Assembly (NCBI GenBank): GCA_964425305.1
Contig: CAYRMQ010000002.1
Location: forward strand, 16,310-80,309
Direction of reading: 5' to 3'
DNA from: an uncultured Anaerolineaceae bacterium
GTDB taxonomy: Bacteria; Chloroflexota; Limnocylindria; Limnocylindrales; CSP1-4
Length of the DNA: 64,000 bases
Made by a program: the position numbers and the translations under genes. Below the pieces are notes generated by a model. That model was not told the DNA's origin. It saw only the letters and a list, made by a program, of their open reading frames with translations, and did no database searches. This document shows, in pieces, positions 17,197 to 26,018 of this stretch (position 1 is the stretch's first letter; the number at the start of each line of letters is the position of its first letter).

Positions 17197-17476
17197 CCCC
17201 GGGCGAGACCTCCAAGAGCGAATCATCCGGTCGATGACACCCGCCGAACGCACGGCCCAGGCGTCGCGGCTACGCGGACGGGGAATGTGGCTGGCCTGGC
17301 AGCAGGTCGAGGCGGCGGGCATCACCCATCCCGTCGAACAGGCCGACTTCCTGCTGCGCAGGCTATATCCCGAGATGCCGGAGACCTGGTTCCGAGACGT
17401 GGTCGCCAAGTTGCGCGCGCTGCACGAGCGTGAGGAGTGGCGCGGCTTCGAGCGTCCGGCCCGCCAGCATCCCTAG
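17186..17476 (+). CDS. small helical hypothetical protein
   Basis: ATG 17186 overlaps the end of the NTase frame. MRPDPGRDLQERIIRSMTPAERTAQASRL... is 96 aa. No motif recognised. Confidence 0.4.
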   Translation: MRPDPGRDLQERIIRSMTPAERTAQASRLRGRGMWLAWQQVEAAGITHPVEQADFLLRRLYPEMPETWFRDVVAKLRALHEREEWRGFERPARQHP

Positions 17477-17555
17477 AATGGGATGCCCGAATCGGATAGC
17501 GGGCAGGCGCGAGGCGCCGGCGGATTGGGGGCCAGCCTTGGGTGAGAATACGTAG

Positions 17556-17879
17556 ATGCACGCGTCGACGCGGATCCTGCTCGTCCTCGTGGCTATCATC
17601 GCGATCGTCGGCGGCTGGTGGGTGCTGGTGGCCAACAACCCGTTCCCCGCCGCGGTGATCTACGGCAGCCTTTGGACGGCGGCCGTGCTCCTGGTCACGT
17701 TCGTGTTGCTCAAGGTCGGCTTCGGCTACAACCGTTATACGGCTCGCCGAAGACAGGGGCCGCCCGAAGCGGCGTCGGCCGAGTCCGCGTTGGCCGAGCT
17801 GAAGAAGCTGCGCGACAGCGGCCTCATCTCGGCCGAGGAGTACGAAGCCAAGCGGACGCAGATCATTGATCGCCTGTGA
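17556..17879 (+). CDS. SHOCT-domain membrane protein, paralog 2
   Basis: 107 aa. Collinear with 15044..15370 (IVGGWW, GFGYNR, L..LRDSGLISAEEYEAKRTQIIDRL). The stop overlaps the next gene as GTGA. Confidence 0.72.
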   Translation: MHASTRILLVLVAIIAIVGGWWVLVANNPFPAAVIYGSLWTAAVLLVTFVLLKVGFGYNRYTARRRQGPPEAASAESALAELKKLRDSGLISAEEYEAKRTQIIDRL

Positions 17880-19069
17880 GCGTCGGCACGCCGCTTCACG
17901 ACCGGACCGCGCCGCTCAACCGCAAGCTGAGCTGGCGCGAGTGGTCCGGCTACCACGTCGCCAGCGCCTACGACGATCACCACATCGGCGAGTACTTCGC
18001 CATCCGCCACGCGGCGGCGCTGATCGACGTCTCGCCGCTCTACAAGTACATCGTCCGCGGCCGCGACAACGTCCGCCTCATCGACCGCGTCGTCACCCGC
18101 GACGCGACGAAGATTAAGCCTGCCCAGGTCATCTACACGCCGTGGTGCGACGAGCACGGCAAGGTCATCGACGACGGCACGATCGCCCGCCTCGACGACG
18201 ACCACTTCCGCTGGACATCGGCCGAAGCGCACCTGCGCTGGTTCGCGCTCAACGCGCGCGGGCTGGACGTCGAGATCGAGGACGTCAGCGAATCGATGGC
18301 GGCGATCGCGCTGCAGGGGCCGCTGTCGCGCGCAGTGCTGGAGGCGGCCACCGGCGAGGACTGGTCTGACGTCGGCTACTACCGCCGGCGCAGGGCGAGG
18401 GTCGGTCGGATCGCCATCGACGTCAGCCGCACGGGCTACACCGGCGACCTCGGCTACGAGCTATGGGTCGGTGCCGGGCAGGCCGCCCGGCTGTGGGACC
18501 GGCTGGTTGAGGCCGGTCGGCCGTTCGGCATCCGCCCGGCCGGCATGCTCGCCCTCGACATCGCGCGCATCGAGGCCGGGCTGATCCTGATCGAGGTCGA
18601 CTACACGAGCTCGAAGCATGCGCTCGGCCCCGAGCAGAACTACTCGCCCTACGAGCTCAACCTCGGCCGCCTGGTGACTCTCGAGAAGGACACCGAGTTC
18701 GTGGGCAGGCGCGCGCTGCGCGACGAGATCGAGCGCGGTGGACCTTCGCGCCGGCTCGTCGGCCTGGTCATCGACTGGCAGGACATCGAGGAGCTGCACG
18801 AGGCGCAGCACCTGCCCTTCACCGCCTCGACGACGGCCTGGCGCACGCACGTGCCGGTCTACGCCGGCGGGCGCCAGGTCGGGCGGGCCACGAGCGGCAC
18901 GTGGAGCCCGACGCTCAAGCGGCACATCGCGCTGGCGTCGGTCGACGCCGCCTACGACTGGCCGGGCAGCCCGCTGCAGGTCGAGTGGACGGTCGAGGCC
19001 CGTCGCGGGCGGGTTAACGCGGTCGTCGTGCCGCTGCCCTTCTTCGACCCGCCGCGCAAGCGGCAATGA
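17876..19069 (+). CDS. aminomethyltransferase (GcvT) family folate-binding protein
   Basis: 397 aa with a GTG start. AIRHAAALIDVSPLYKYIVRG, TGYTGDLGYELW and ARIEAGL are typical of the GcvT family. Confidence 0.85.
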   Translation: MSVGTPLHDRTAPLNRKLSWREWSGYHVASAYDDHHIGEYFAIRHAAALIDVSPLYKYIVRGRDNVRLIDRVVTRDATKIKPAQVIYTPWCDEHGKVIDDGTIARLDDDHFRWTSAEAHLRWFALNARGLDVEIEDVSESMAAIALQGPLSRAVLEAATGEDWSDVGYYRRRRARVGRIAIDVSRTGYTGDLGYELWVGAGQAARLWDRLVEAGRPFGIRPAGMLALDIARIEAGLILIEVDYTSSKHALGPEQNYSPYELNLGRLVTLEKDTEFVGRRALRDEIERGGPSRRLVGLVIDWQDIEELHEAQHLPFTASTTAWRTHVPVYAGGRQVGRATSGTWSPTLKRHIALASVDAAYDWPGSPLQVEWTVEARRGRVNAVVVPLPFFDPPRKRQ

Positions 19070-19079
19070 GCGACGGCGC

Positions 19080-20690
19080 CTACTCGCCGGCGACCAGGTA
19101 GCCAGCCGCCACGAGGGCGTCCGACGCGCGCTGGCCGGCGACGCTCCACGACGGCCAGCCCAGCTCGCGCGACTCGACGGCGATGCGCGCGGCCTGCCGG
19201 CGCAGGACCCGATCGGCCGCGGCGCGGTCGTCGTCCGAAAGTCGCGGCAGCGCGTCGACGAGAACCGGCACGGAGTCGTAGCCGAGGAAGCCGAGATAGT
19301 CAAGGTCGAGGCCGCTCTCACCGCCTGGCGCGACGAGCGACGGGTCGATCGCCCGCTGCACGTTCTGATCGGTGACGAACGCCTGCGGCCCGACCGCGTT
19401 GACGACCAGCGCGATCGCGATGCCGGCACCGACGAGCAGCCGCGGCACGATGGCCGCCCGATCGACGAGCAGGCTGACGACCGCAGCGGCGACCCCCACT
19501 CCCAGCCAGCCGATGGCGGCGAGCGCGTAGAGGCGCAGCTCCGTCCAGCCGTAGGCGGCCTGGTACAGTCCGAGCCGAACGACGGCCGACACGAGAACGA
19601 CGGCGGTCAGCGCGACGAGTGCCGCCGCCGACGCCCGGTAGGCCCAGCCGCGCCGCTCGATCAGCCAGTCGATGGTGAGCACCACCGTGCCGGCCAGCAG
19701 CGCCACGGCGATCAGCTCGAAGAAGCCGCGCCGAGCGTACTCGCTGTACGTCATGCCGCTGATGGCCAGCGTGTCGAGGCCGCCGAAGAGGTAGGCCGCC
19801 TGGAGCACGACGAAGACAGCGAAGACGGCGTCGATGGCGAGCAGGACGACCAGCGCCTCGATCGTCCCGATGGTGAGCGGCCGACCCGCTGCCCGTTCGT
19901 CGGCTGGCACTGCCGGTCGCGACAGCCAGGCGCCGACGACGAAGCCGGCCGTCAGCCACGCCGCCAGGCCGGCGACGGCTAGCCTGACGATGAGGTCGGG
20001 TACGTCGAGGCGGACGTCCAGCGTGCGCTCCAGGTAGCCGGCGAAGACGGCGTCGGCGGCGGCGAAGAGCGCGGCGAAGACGATCGCCAGCGGCACGGCC
20101 ACGATCAACCCGCGCAGCACCGGCACCAGCCGCGTGTCGCGATCGCGCAACCGCCCGAGCGGTGCCCAGCCGGCTCCCAGGCGCAGCGCACCACCGATGA
20201 CGAGGGCCAGCGCCCACTCGGCGACGTTGGCCAGCCCGGCCCAGCTTCGGCGAGTCAGCGGCGTGCCGCCGGCGGCGACGGCTGCGGCCAGCGTGAGGAT
20301 TCCCGCGGCGAGCACGTCGAAGGCACGCAGCGGAAGGTCGTCGCGCAGCGCGACGAACGCGGCGAAGGCCAGCGCGGCGGGCGCGATCCAGGCATCGGCG
20401 CGATCGACGCGACTGCCCGGCCGGCGCAGCACGAAGGTGGCCGCCAGCACGGCCGCCACCCACAGCAGCAGGTTGATACCGAGTCGCTGCTCGACGAAGA
20501 GCAGTTGCGCGAAGAGGCCGGCCGCGGCGGCGGCGAGCAGGACCCGGCCGGCGGCGGCCGCCGGCAGGCGCTCGACGAGCGGCTTAGGCGGTTCCGACGC
20601 GGTGGCCGGCCAGGTCGCGGGCGGCGACTGGGGCGGCCCGGCGGACCAGTCGCCGGTCCACGGCGGCGGGCCGGGCGGTTGCGATGCCAT
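19080..20690 (-). CDS. polytopic membrane protein with a Pro-rich N-terminus (DUF4153/DUF4173-like, family uncertain)
   Basis: ATG 20690 (MASQPPGPPPW...) is followed by at least 10 hydrophobic segments. The longer 762-aa ORF is rejected because its extra 226 aa overlap the ABC ATPase gene and are Arg/Ala noise. Confidence 0.65.
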   Translation of the reverse strand: MASQPPGPPPWTGDWSAGPPQSPPATWPATASEPPKPLVERLPAAAAGRVLLAAAAAGLFAQLLFVEQRLGINLLLWVAAVLAATFVLRRPGSRVDRADAWIAPAALAFAAFVALRDDLPLRAFDVLAAGILTLAAAVAAGGTPLTRRSWAGLANVAEWALALVIGGALRLGAGWAPLGRLRDRDTRLVPVLRGLIVAVPLAIVFAALFAAADAVFAGYLERTLDVRLDVPDLIVRLAVAGLAAWLTAGFVVGAWLSRPAVPADERAAGRPLTIGTIEALVVLLAIDAVFAVFVVLQAAYLFGGLDTLAISGMTYSEYARRGFFELIAVALLAGTVVLTIDWLIERRGWAYRASAAALVALTAVVLVSAVVRLGLYQAAYGWTELRLYALAAIGWLGVGVAAAVVSLLVDRAAIVPRLLVGAGIAIALVVNAVGPQAFVTDQNVQRAIDPSLVAPGGESGLDLDYLGFLGYDSVPVLVDALPRLSDDDRAAADRVLRRQAARIAVESRELGWPSWSVAGQRASDALVAAGYLVAGE

Positions 20691-20755
20691 CGGCCGGTTG
20701 ACGAACCATGGCCGGCCGGATGTGACGCGCCAGCTGTGATGCGCCGGCTGTGTCC

Positions 20756-21514
20756 TCAGCCCGGCCGATGCGCGAGCGCCAGGAACTCGGCGTCGACGCC
20801 GTAGACCTGCTGCACGCGCGCGGGCGTCAGCACCTCGCGCGGCGGGCCGTCGGCGACGAGGCGGCCCTCGTGGAGCAGCACGACCCGCTCGAAGAAGTGG
20901 CTGGCCAGCGCGACGTCGTGCAGCACGGCGAGCACGGTCACGCCGAGCCTGGACAGCTCGCCGAGCAGGCGCATGACCGCGACCTGGTGGCGCAGGTCGA
21001 GATGGACCGTCGGCTCGTCGAGCAGCAGCAGGCCGGCGTCCTGCGCGACGGCCATCGCCAGGACCACCAGCTGGCGCTCGCCGAGCGACAACTCGCGCAC
21101 GTCGCGCCCGACGAGATGGCCGATCCCGACGCGTTCGATCGCCGCCGCCACGGCCGCCCGGTCGTCGGCGCGCGGCCCGACCAGCGGGTGCTCGTGCGGG
21201 ATGCGCCCGAGCGCGACCAGCTCCTCGGTCAGCAGCGGGAAAGGGATCACCGTCTGCCCCGGCACGACCGCCAGCCGGCGGGCCAGGCGCGGCCGCGCGT
21301 ACTCGGCCAGCGGCCGGCCGTCGAGGATGACGTTGCCGGCCTGGAAGCGGGCCAGGCGGCTGACGCAACGCAGCAGGCTCGACTTGCCGGCGCCGTTCTC
21401 GCCGAGCAGCGCCACGCGCTCGCCCGGCCGCAGCTGGAGGTCGATGCCGCGCAGCACCTGGCGCTCGCCGTAGGCGAGCCGCAGGCCGCGCAGCTCGAGT
21501 TCGGCGCCGTTCAC
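20756..21514 (-). CDS. ABC transporter ATP-binding protein (FepC/BtuD type)
   Basis: GTG 21514. Walker A GENGAGKSSLL, signature LSLGERQLV, Walker B LLLLDEPT. Confidence 0.9.
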   Translation of the reverse strand: MNGAELELRGLRLAYGERQVLRGIDLQLRPGERVALLGENGAGKSSLLRCVSRLARFQAGNVILDGRPLAEYARPRLARRLAVVPGQTVIPFPLLTEELVALGRIPHEHPLVGPRADDRAAVAAAIERVGIGHLVGRDVRELSLGERQLVVLAMAVAQDAGLLLLDEPTVHLDLRHQVAVMRLLGELSRLGVTVLAVLHDVALASHFFERVVLLHEGRLVADGPPREVLTPARVQQVYGVDAEFLALAHRPG

Positions 21515-21524
21515 GTCACTCCGC

Positions 21525-22607
21525 TCACAGCGCGTAACCCGCGCGGTAGCGGCGCAGCAGGTACAGGAAGAAGGGCGCACCGACGACGGCCGTGACGATG
21601 CCCACCGGCAGCTCGCCGGGCATCCGCGCGAGCAGGTCGGCGAAGGCCATGAAGGAGGCGCCGAACAGCGCCGCCAGCGGCAGCAGCAGCCGCGCGTTGG
21701 GACCGACGACGAGCCTGACCAGGTGCGGCACGACCAGCCCGACGAAGCCGATCAGCCCGTTCATCGCCACCGCCGCGCCGGTGACCAGCGTCGCCGCACC
21801 GAGCAGCAGCAACCGCTCGCGGCGCACGTCGAGGCCGAGGTGGGCGGCCGTCTCCTCGCCGAGCAGTAGCGCGTTCAGCGAGCGCGCCCGCGCCAGCATC
21901 GCCGCCGAGCCGATTGCGATGATGGGCAGCCCGACGACCAGCTGCGACCACGACGACAGCGAGAAGCTGCCCAGCAGGTAGAAGAAGATCTGGCGCAGGT
22001 GGCTGCCCGACAGGTACATCGTCAGCGCCAGCCCCGCCGCCAACAGCGAGCCGACGGCGTAGCCGGTCAACAGCACCGACGTCAGCGAGTTGAGCTCGCC
22101 CAGCCGCGCCAGCCGGTAGACGACGCCGACGGCCAGCACTGCGCCGGCGAAGGCGGCCAGGTGCATCAAGCCGAAGCCGAGCAGGGCGACGTTGATCGGC
22201 ACGAGCATCGCCAGCGCCGCGCCCAGCGCGGCGCCGCTGGCAGTGCCCAGGACGTACGGGTCGGCCAGCGGGTTGCGCAGCAGGCCCTGGAACGTCGCGC
22301 CGGCGAGCGCCAGCGCGACGCCCGTCGCCATTGCCGTCAGCACGCGCGGCAGGCGCAGCTCGAGGATGATCGTCTCGGCCGACGCCGGCCAGCTGACAGT
22401 GACAGGCCAGCCCAGCAGGCGGTGAGCGAGGAGGGCCAGCGTGTCGGCCGGGCTGATCGCGACGTTGCCCAGCGCGACGCCGGCGACCAGCGCCGCGGCC
22501 AGCGCGAGCAGACCGGCGCCGGCCAGCAGCAGCGGCCGCCGGCGCAGCGCCGGCAGCCAGCCGACGCGTCCGGCCGTTGTCACGCCGCCGGCGACGCCCG
22601 TGCTCAT
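21525..22607 (-). CDS. FecCD-family ABC permease (iron-siderophore/cobalamin type)
   Basis: 360 aa with about 9-10 TM segments. GLIGFVGLVVPHLVRLVVG is typical of FecCD/BtuC. Confidence 0.9.
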   Translation of the reverse strand: MSTGVAGGVTTAGRVGWLPALRRRPLLLAGAGLLALAAALVAGVALGNVAISPADTLALLAHRLLGWPVTVSWPASAETIILELRLPRVLTAMATGVALALAGATFQGLLRNPLADPYVLGTASGAALGAALAMLVPINVALLGFGLMHLAAFAGAVLAVGVVYRLARLGELNSLTSVLLTGYAVGSLLAAGLALTMYLSGSHLRQIFFYLLGSFSLSSWSQLVVGLPIIAIGSAAMLARARSLNALLLGEETAAHLGLDVRRERLLLLGAATLVTGAAVAMNGLIGFVGLVVPHLVRLVVGPNARLLLPLAALFGASFMAFADLLARMPGELPVGIVTAVVGAPFFLYLLRRYRAGYAL

Positions 22608-23710
22608 CGGACCAGCGTGCCCTCCGGGCAGAGGACTGCGCCGGCGGGCGGCGGCTCGATGTCGGCGTCGGGGTGGATCGCCAGCGCCAGCGCCGCCAGG
22701 CCGTCGGCCAGGCGCGGCCCGGGCCGCGTCACGATGGTGTCGTCGACGGGCCGGATGGCGCCTTCGCGAACGGCCGTCATCGAGCCCCAGCCGGGCCGCT
22801 CGCGGACGGCCGCCGGACAGACGCCGTACGCCGCGTCGCCCAGCACGATCACCTGCGGATCGAGATCGACCAGCCGCTCGACGGAGATGCTGAAGACGGC
22901 CGGGTCGGTCGTCGTGATCGGATCGCCGCCGGCGAGGACGACCATGTCGGCCAGGAATGAGTCGGGCGCGGGCGCGTAGATCTCCGGCTCGGAGCCGATC
23001 TGGTAGAAGACGCGCGGCCGCTCGCCGATCGCCGCCGTCACCTCGTCGATCGCCGCCGTCACCTCGTCGATGCGCGCCTGCATCCGCTCGGCGATGGCCT
23101 CGGCCTCGTCGTCGGCGCCGAGCGCAGCCCCGATCAGGCGGATGTCGGCGAGCACCTCGTCGACGGTCTCGGCGTAGGCGACAAGGACGACCAGGCCGAG
23201 CTCACGCATGCGCTCGATGTCGTCGGCCGGCGTGAAGTTGTTGCCGGCGGCGAGAACGAGGTCGGGCTCGAGGTCGACGGCCTGCTCGAGCAGGACGCCG
23301 GTGAAGGTCGCCACCGCCGGCAGCGACGCCGCCTGGGGCGGGTAGTCATCGAAATCCGTCCGCCCCACGAGCCGGTCACCGGCGCCGAGCGCGAAGACGA
23401 TCTCGGTGTTCGCCGGCGAGAGGCTGATCACGCGCTCGGGTGGCGCGTCGATCTCGATCGGCGTGCCCTCGTCGTCGACGAGCGTGCGCGGGAAGACGGC
23501 CTCGGGACTGGGTGGTGGCGTCAGCGTGGGGGTGGCTGCCGTGGTGGCCGTCGGCTGGGCCGCGGGTGCCGGGCTGGATATCGGTGGATCGGTCGGCTGC
23601 TGGGCGGGCGGCTGAGCGGTGCAGCCGGCGAAGGCCAGCGCCGCGGCGAGGGCAAAAGAAAGGCCCCGGGCCACTGCGGGCCGGGGGTCCGGATGAAGGT
23701 GCGCGTCCAT
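22604..23710 (-). CDS. periplasmic-binding-protein lipoprotein (BtuF/FhuD class)
   Basis: ATG 23710 with GGGAAGG upstream. Signal plus probable lipobox ALAFAGC and a Pro/Thr/Ala linker. PERVISLSPANTEIVFALGAG is typical of class III substrate-binding proteins. ATGA overlap with the permease. Confidence 0.85.
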   Translation of the reverse strand: MDAHLHPDPRPAVARGLSFALAAALAFAGCTAQPPAQQPTDPPISSPAPAAQPTATTAATPTLTPPPSPEAVFPRTLVDDEGTPIEIDAPPERVISLSPANTEIVFALGAGDRLVGRTDFDDYPPQAASLPAVATFTGVLLEQAVDLEPDLVLAAGNNFTPADDIERMRELGLVVLVAYAETVDEVLADIRLIGAALGADDEAEAIAERMQARIDEVTAAIDEVTAAIGERPRVFYQIGSEPEIYAPAPDSFLADMVVLAGGDPITTTDPAVFSISVERLVDLDPQVIVLGDAAYGVCPAAVRERPGWGSMTAVREGAIRPVDDTIVTRPGPRLADGLAALALAIHPDADIEPPPAGAVLCPEGTLVR

Positions 23711-23729
23711 GGTGCCTTCCCTTTCTCGC

Positions 23730-23870
23730 GAAGGAAATCGAGCACGACCATGGGCCCGGCGACCGGACTTCCGGCCCGAGGGCCGGTAACCGTAGCGGGA
23801 CTGTGCCGGATTCACACCGGCTTCGCGGATCCCACGGTCCTGTTCTTCGGTTGACCTGCGGAGTGTAGCG
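23730..23870 (-). promoter_or_regulatory. cobalamin (B12) riboswitch
   Basis: Minus strand reads GGGAUCCGCGAAGCCGGUGUGAAUCCGGCACAGUCCCGCUACGGU, matching the GGUGnGAAUCC...CCCGCnACnGU core. GGCCGGAAGUCCGGUCGCC is B12-box-like. UUCCUUC can pair with the GGGAAGG Shine-Dalgarno sequence. Confidence 0.75.
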
Positions 23871-23997
23871 CGGCGCTGGCCGGGGCGCGATGGCCGGATC
23901 GCGCTCCAGATAAGTCGCTGATAAGTGGCGCCTGTCACGATCTGCGCCTCCGCTGCCCCCGCCGGGTGTCGCGCCCGCCGGAGGAGGTTGGAGACGG

Positions 23998-24936
23998 ATG
24001 GGGGCTGTCAACTGGCGCGGCCTGCTCGGCCCGCCGTCACTGCTGATCAGTGCCGCCCTTGTGATAGCCGCCGTCTTGCCCGCCGCCATAGCCGCCGGAC
24101 CGCTCCCGCCGCCGCCCGCGCCAGGCCCGCCCTGCCCCACCCTCGGCCTGTTGGCCGGAGGAGAGCTCGCCGCCGCGCGCCGCGCCAGCAGCAACGCGCG
24201 CGTCGCCGCCGAGGCGCTGGTCACCGAGCGCGGGGAGGAGACGGGCCGACGGCTGGCGGTGGAGCCTGCCAGCGGCGCCGCGGTGGAGATCGGCCTGCCG
24301 CCGGAGTCGTTCGTCGCCGGACCGTTCGGCGGACTGCTGCTCTACGGCTGGCACGCACCGGCGATCGGCTCGCAGGTGCGCGGGATCGTGCTGGCCAGCG
24401 GCTGCGACCAGCGCCTGGCGACGCCGACAGAGATCGTCCGCAGCGCCGTCCTCGACGGCGGTGGTCGCGCGCTCTACGTCCATTCCGTAACGGCAGATGG
24501 CCGGCGCGACGCGGGAGTCGTGCGCCACGACCTTCCGGATGGTGGCCAGACGCAGGTCGTCGAGCCGCTCACCGACTCGGACGAGTACGGGCCAACGTTC
24601 GCCACTTCGCTCGTCTGGAGCCTGGACGGGTCGGAGCTGGCCGTCCAGTCGTGTGGCTTCAGCCAGTGCCGGACGCGCGTACTGGACGCGGCGAGCGGCG
24701 AAGTGCAGGTCGTTCCCGCCGACGGGCACGGCGCACTGCTCGGCCTGGACCGGCGGCGGCTGTACGCCTACGCCGCCTGCCACTGGTCGCCGTGCGACGT
24801 GCTCGCCATCGACCGCGCCAGCGGCGTCGCCATGGTCCTCGTGGAAGAGGCGTACGAGGCGGTACTCACGCTTCGGGACGGAACATCCCGCCTGATCGTC
24901 GAGACAGCCGCCGGCAGCCGGGAGGTCGTGCCATGA
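23998..24936 (+). CDS. secreted or membrane-anchored hypothetical protein (beta-propeller-like repeats)
   Basis: ATG 23998 after GGAGGAGG. N-terminal hydrophobic anchor, a Pro-rich linker, then repeated strand-like segments (..LYVHSVTADG.., ..LVWSLDGSELAV.., ..LYAYAACHWSPCDVLAIDRASG..). The stop overlaps the next start (ATGA). Confidence 0.65.
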   Translation: MGAVNWRGLLGPPSLLISAALVIAAVLPAAIAAGPLPPPPAPGPPCPTLGLLAGGELAAARRASSNARVAAEALVTERGEETGRRLAVEPASGAAVEIGLPPESFVAGPFGGLLLYGWHAPAIGSQVRGIVLASGCDQRLATPTEIVRSAVLDGGGRALYVHSVTADGRRDAGVVRHDLPDGGQTQVVEPLTDSDEYGPTFATSLVWSLDGSELAVQSCGFSQCRTRVLDAASGEVQVVPADGHGALLGLDRRRLYAYAACHWSPCDVLAIDRASGVAMVLVEEAYEAVLTLRDGTSRLIVETAAGSREVVP

Positions 24937-26018
24937 GTCGGACCAGGAGCACCGCCGCCGTCGCTCTCGCCGCGCTCGCCCTCGTCGCCGCCCACTCGAG
25001 CCTCGCCGCCACGCCGACGCCGGCGAGCGGCGCAACGTGGGCAGAAAACCAGTACGTGCCGTACCGCTGGAAATCGGGCGCCGTCCCGCCCGACTGGCTG
25101 AAACCGGCCATCAACGCGGCGGCCGCCGACTCCAACCGCAGCCGGGCGGCGCGCGCCGCCGTGTTCGCGCACGAGTCCGGCGCGACGAGCTGGATCGGCT
25201 ACACCTCGGACATCCCGACGAACTATGCCGTCGGCTACGCCGTCCGCAAGGTGCCCGACTCGTACAACATCCGCCTCCGCCCGCAGGGCTACGTGCTCGA
25301 CTGGGGCAAGCTGAAATGGTGCCAGTTCTACGACAAGTGGCCGGACGGCTGCTACGACGCGGAGCTCATCACTCTCCACGAGTTCGGGCACGTCCAGACG
25401 CTGGGCCATGTCGACGAGTCGCTGGGCGAGCCCTGGCTCGACTCGATCATGCACGCCGGCCCGCGAACGAAGGCCAAAATCGGCTGGAACGAGCACGACT
25501 TCGGCCGCTGCGACGTCGCACGCCTGCAGATCCGTTACCGGGCACTGACGGCGAGCACGCGCTACAGCACCTGCCTGTCGCTGCCGACGACGGCGACGCT
25601 GGCTGCGTCGAGCACGTCGATCAGCAGCGGCAGCAGCGTCACCTTCACCGCCACGCTGTACGTGTCGAGCGGCGCCGACTACGCCAAGCTGCGCGGCGAG
25701 CCGCTCAGCGACCGGGCGGTGCTGCTCCAGCGCCGGCTGCCGGGTGAGACGTCGTGGACGACGCACGCCCAGATGTCGCAGACCGCCGTCGACGGCCGCT
25801 ACCGGTTGACCCTCTCGCCGAGCTCGACGTACGAGTGGCGCGCGCGCTTCAAGAAGCCGTCCGATGAGGGCCTGTCCGCCTCCTCCTCGGCAATCGTCAA
25901 GGTCAGCGTCAGCAGCTGCACCGGCGATCTGTGCTGCTCGGGAGATGTCTGCCGGATGAGCGTCGACGAAGGACTCGAGGAAGGATTGGAATCGTCGAGC
26001 GAGGGAGAAGAGCAATGA
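24933..26018 (+). CDS. secreted metzincin-like zinc metalloprotease with an Ig-like C-terminal domain
   Basis: Signal peptide MSRTRSTAAVALAALALVAAHSSLAA. HEFGHVQTLGH (25377-25409) has the HExxHxxxxxH spacing, with a downstream DSIMH possible Met-turn. Ser/Thr-rich beta-sandwich-like domain and a Cys-rich acidic tail. Confidence 0.68.
   Translation: MSRTRSTAAVALAALALVAAHSSLAATPTPASGATWAENQYVPYRWKSGAVPPDWLKPAINAAAADSNRSRAARAAVFAHESGATSWIGYTSDIPTNYAVGYAVRKVPDSYNIRLRPQGYVLDWGKLKWCQFYDKWPDGCYDAELITLHEFGHVQTLGHVDESLGEPWLDSIMHAGPRTKAKIGWNEHDFGRCDVARLQIRYRALTASTRYSTCLSLPTTATLAASSTSISSGSSVTFTATLYVSSGADYAKLRGEPLSDRAVLLQRRLPGETSWTTHAQMSQTAVDGRYRLTLSPSSTYEWRARFKKPSDEGLSASSSAIVKVSVSSCTGDLCCSGDVCRMSVDEGLEEGLESSSEGEEQ

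Noticed and set aside
17477-17555. Expected a glycine riboswitch ahead of the GcvT-family gene.
   Set aside because: No GGAGAG...ACCGAAGGGGCAA-type core is present. The gene is preceded by, and coupled to, the SHOCT ORF.
19080-21368. The 762-aa version of the membrane protein ORF.
   Set aside because: The first 226 residues overlap the ABC ATPase gene in another frame and are Arg/Ala noise. ATG 20690 begins the hydrophobic protein.
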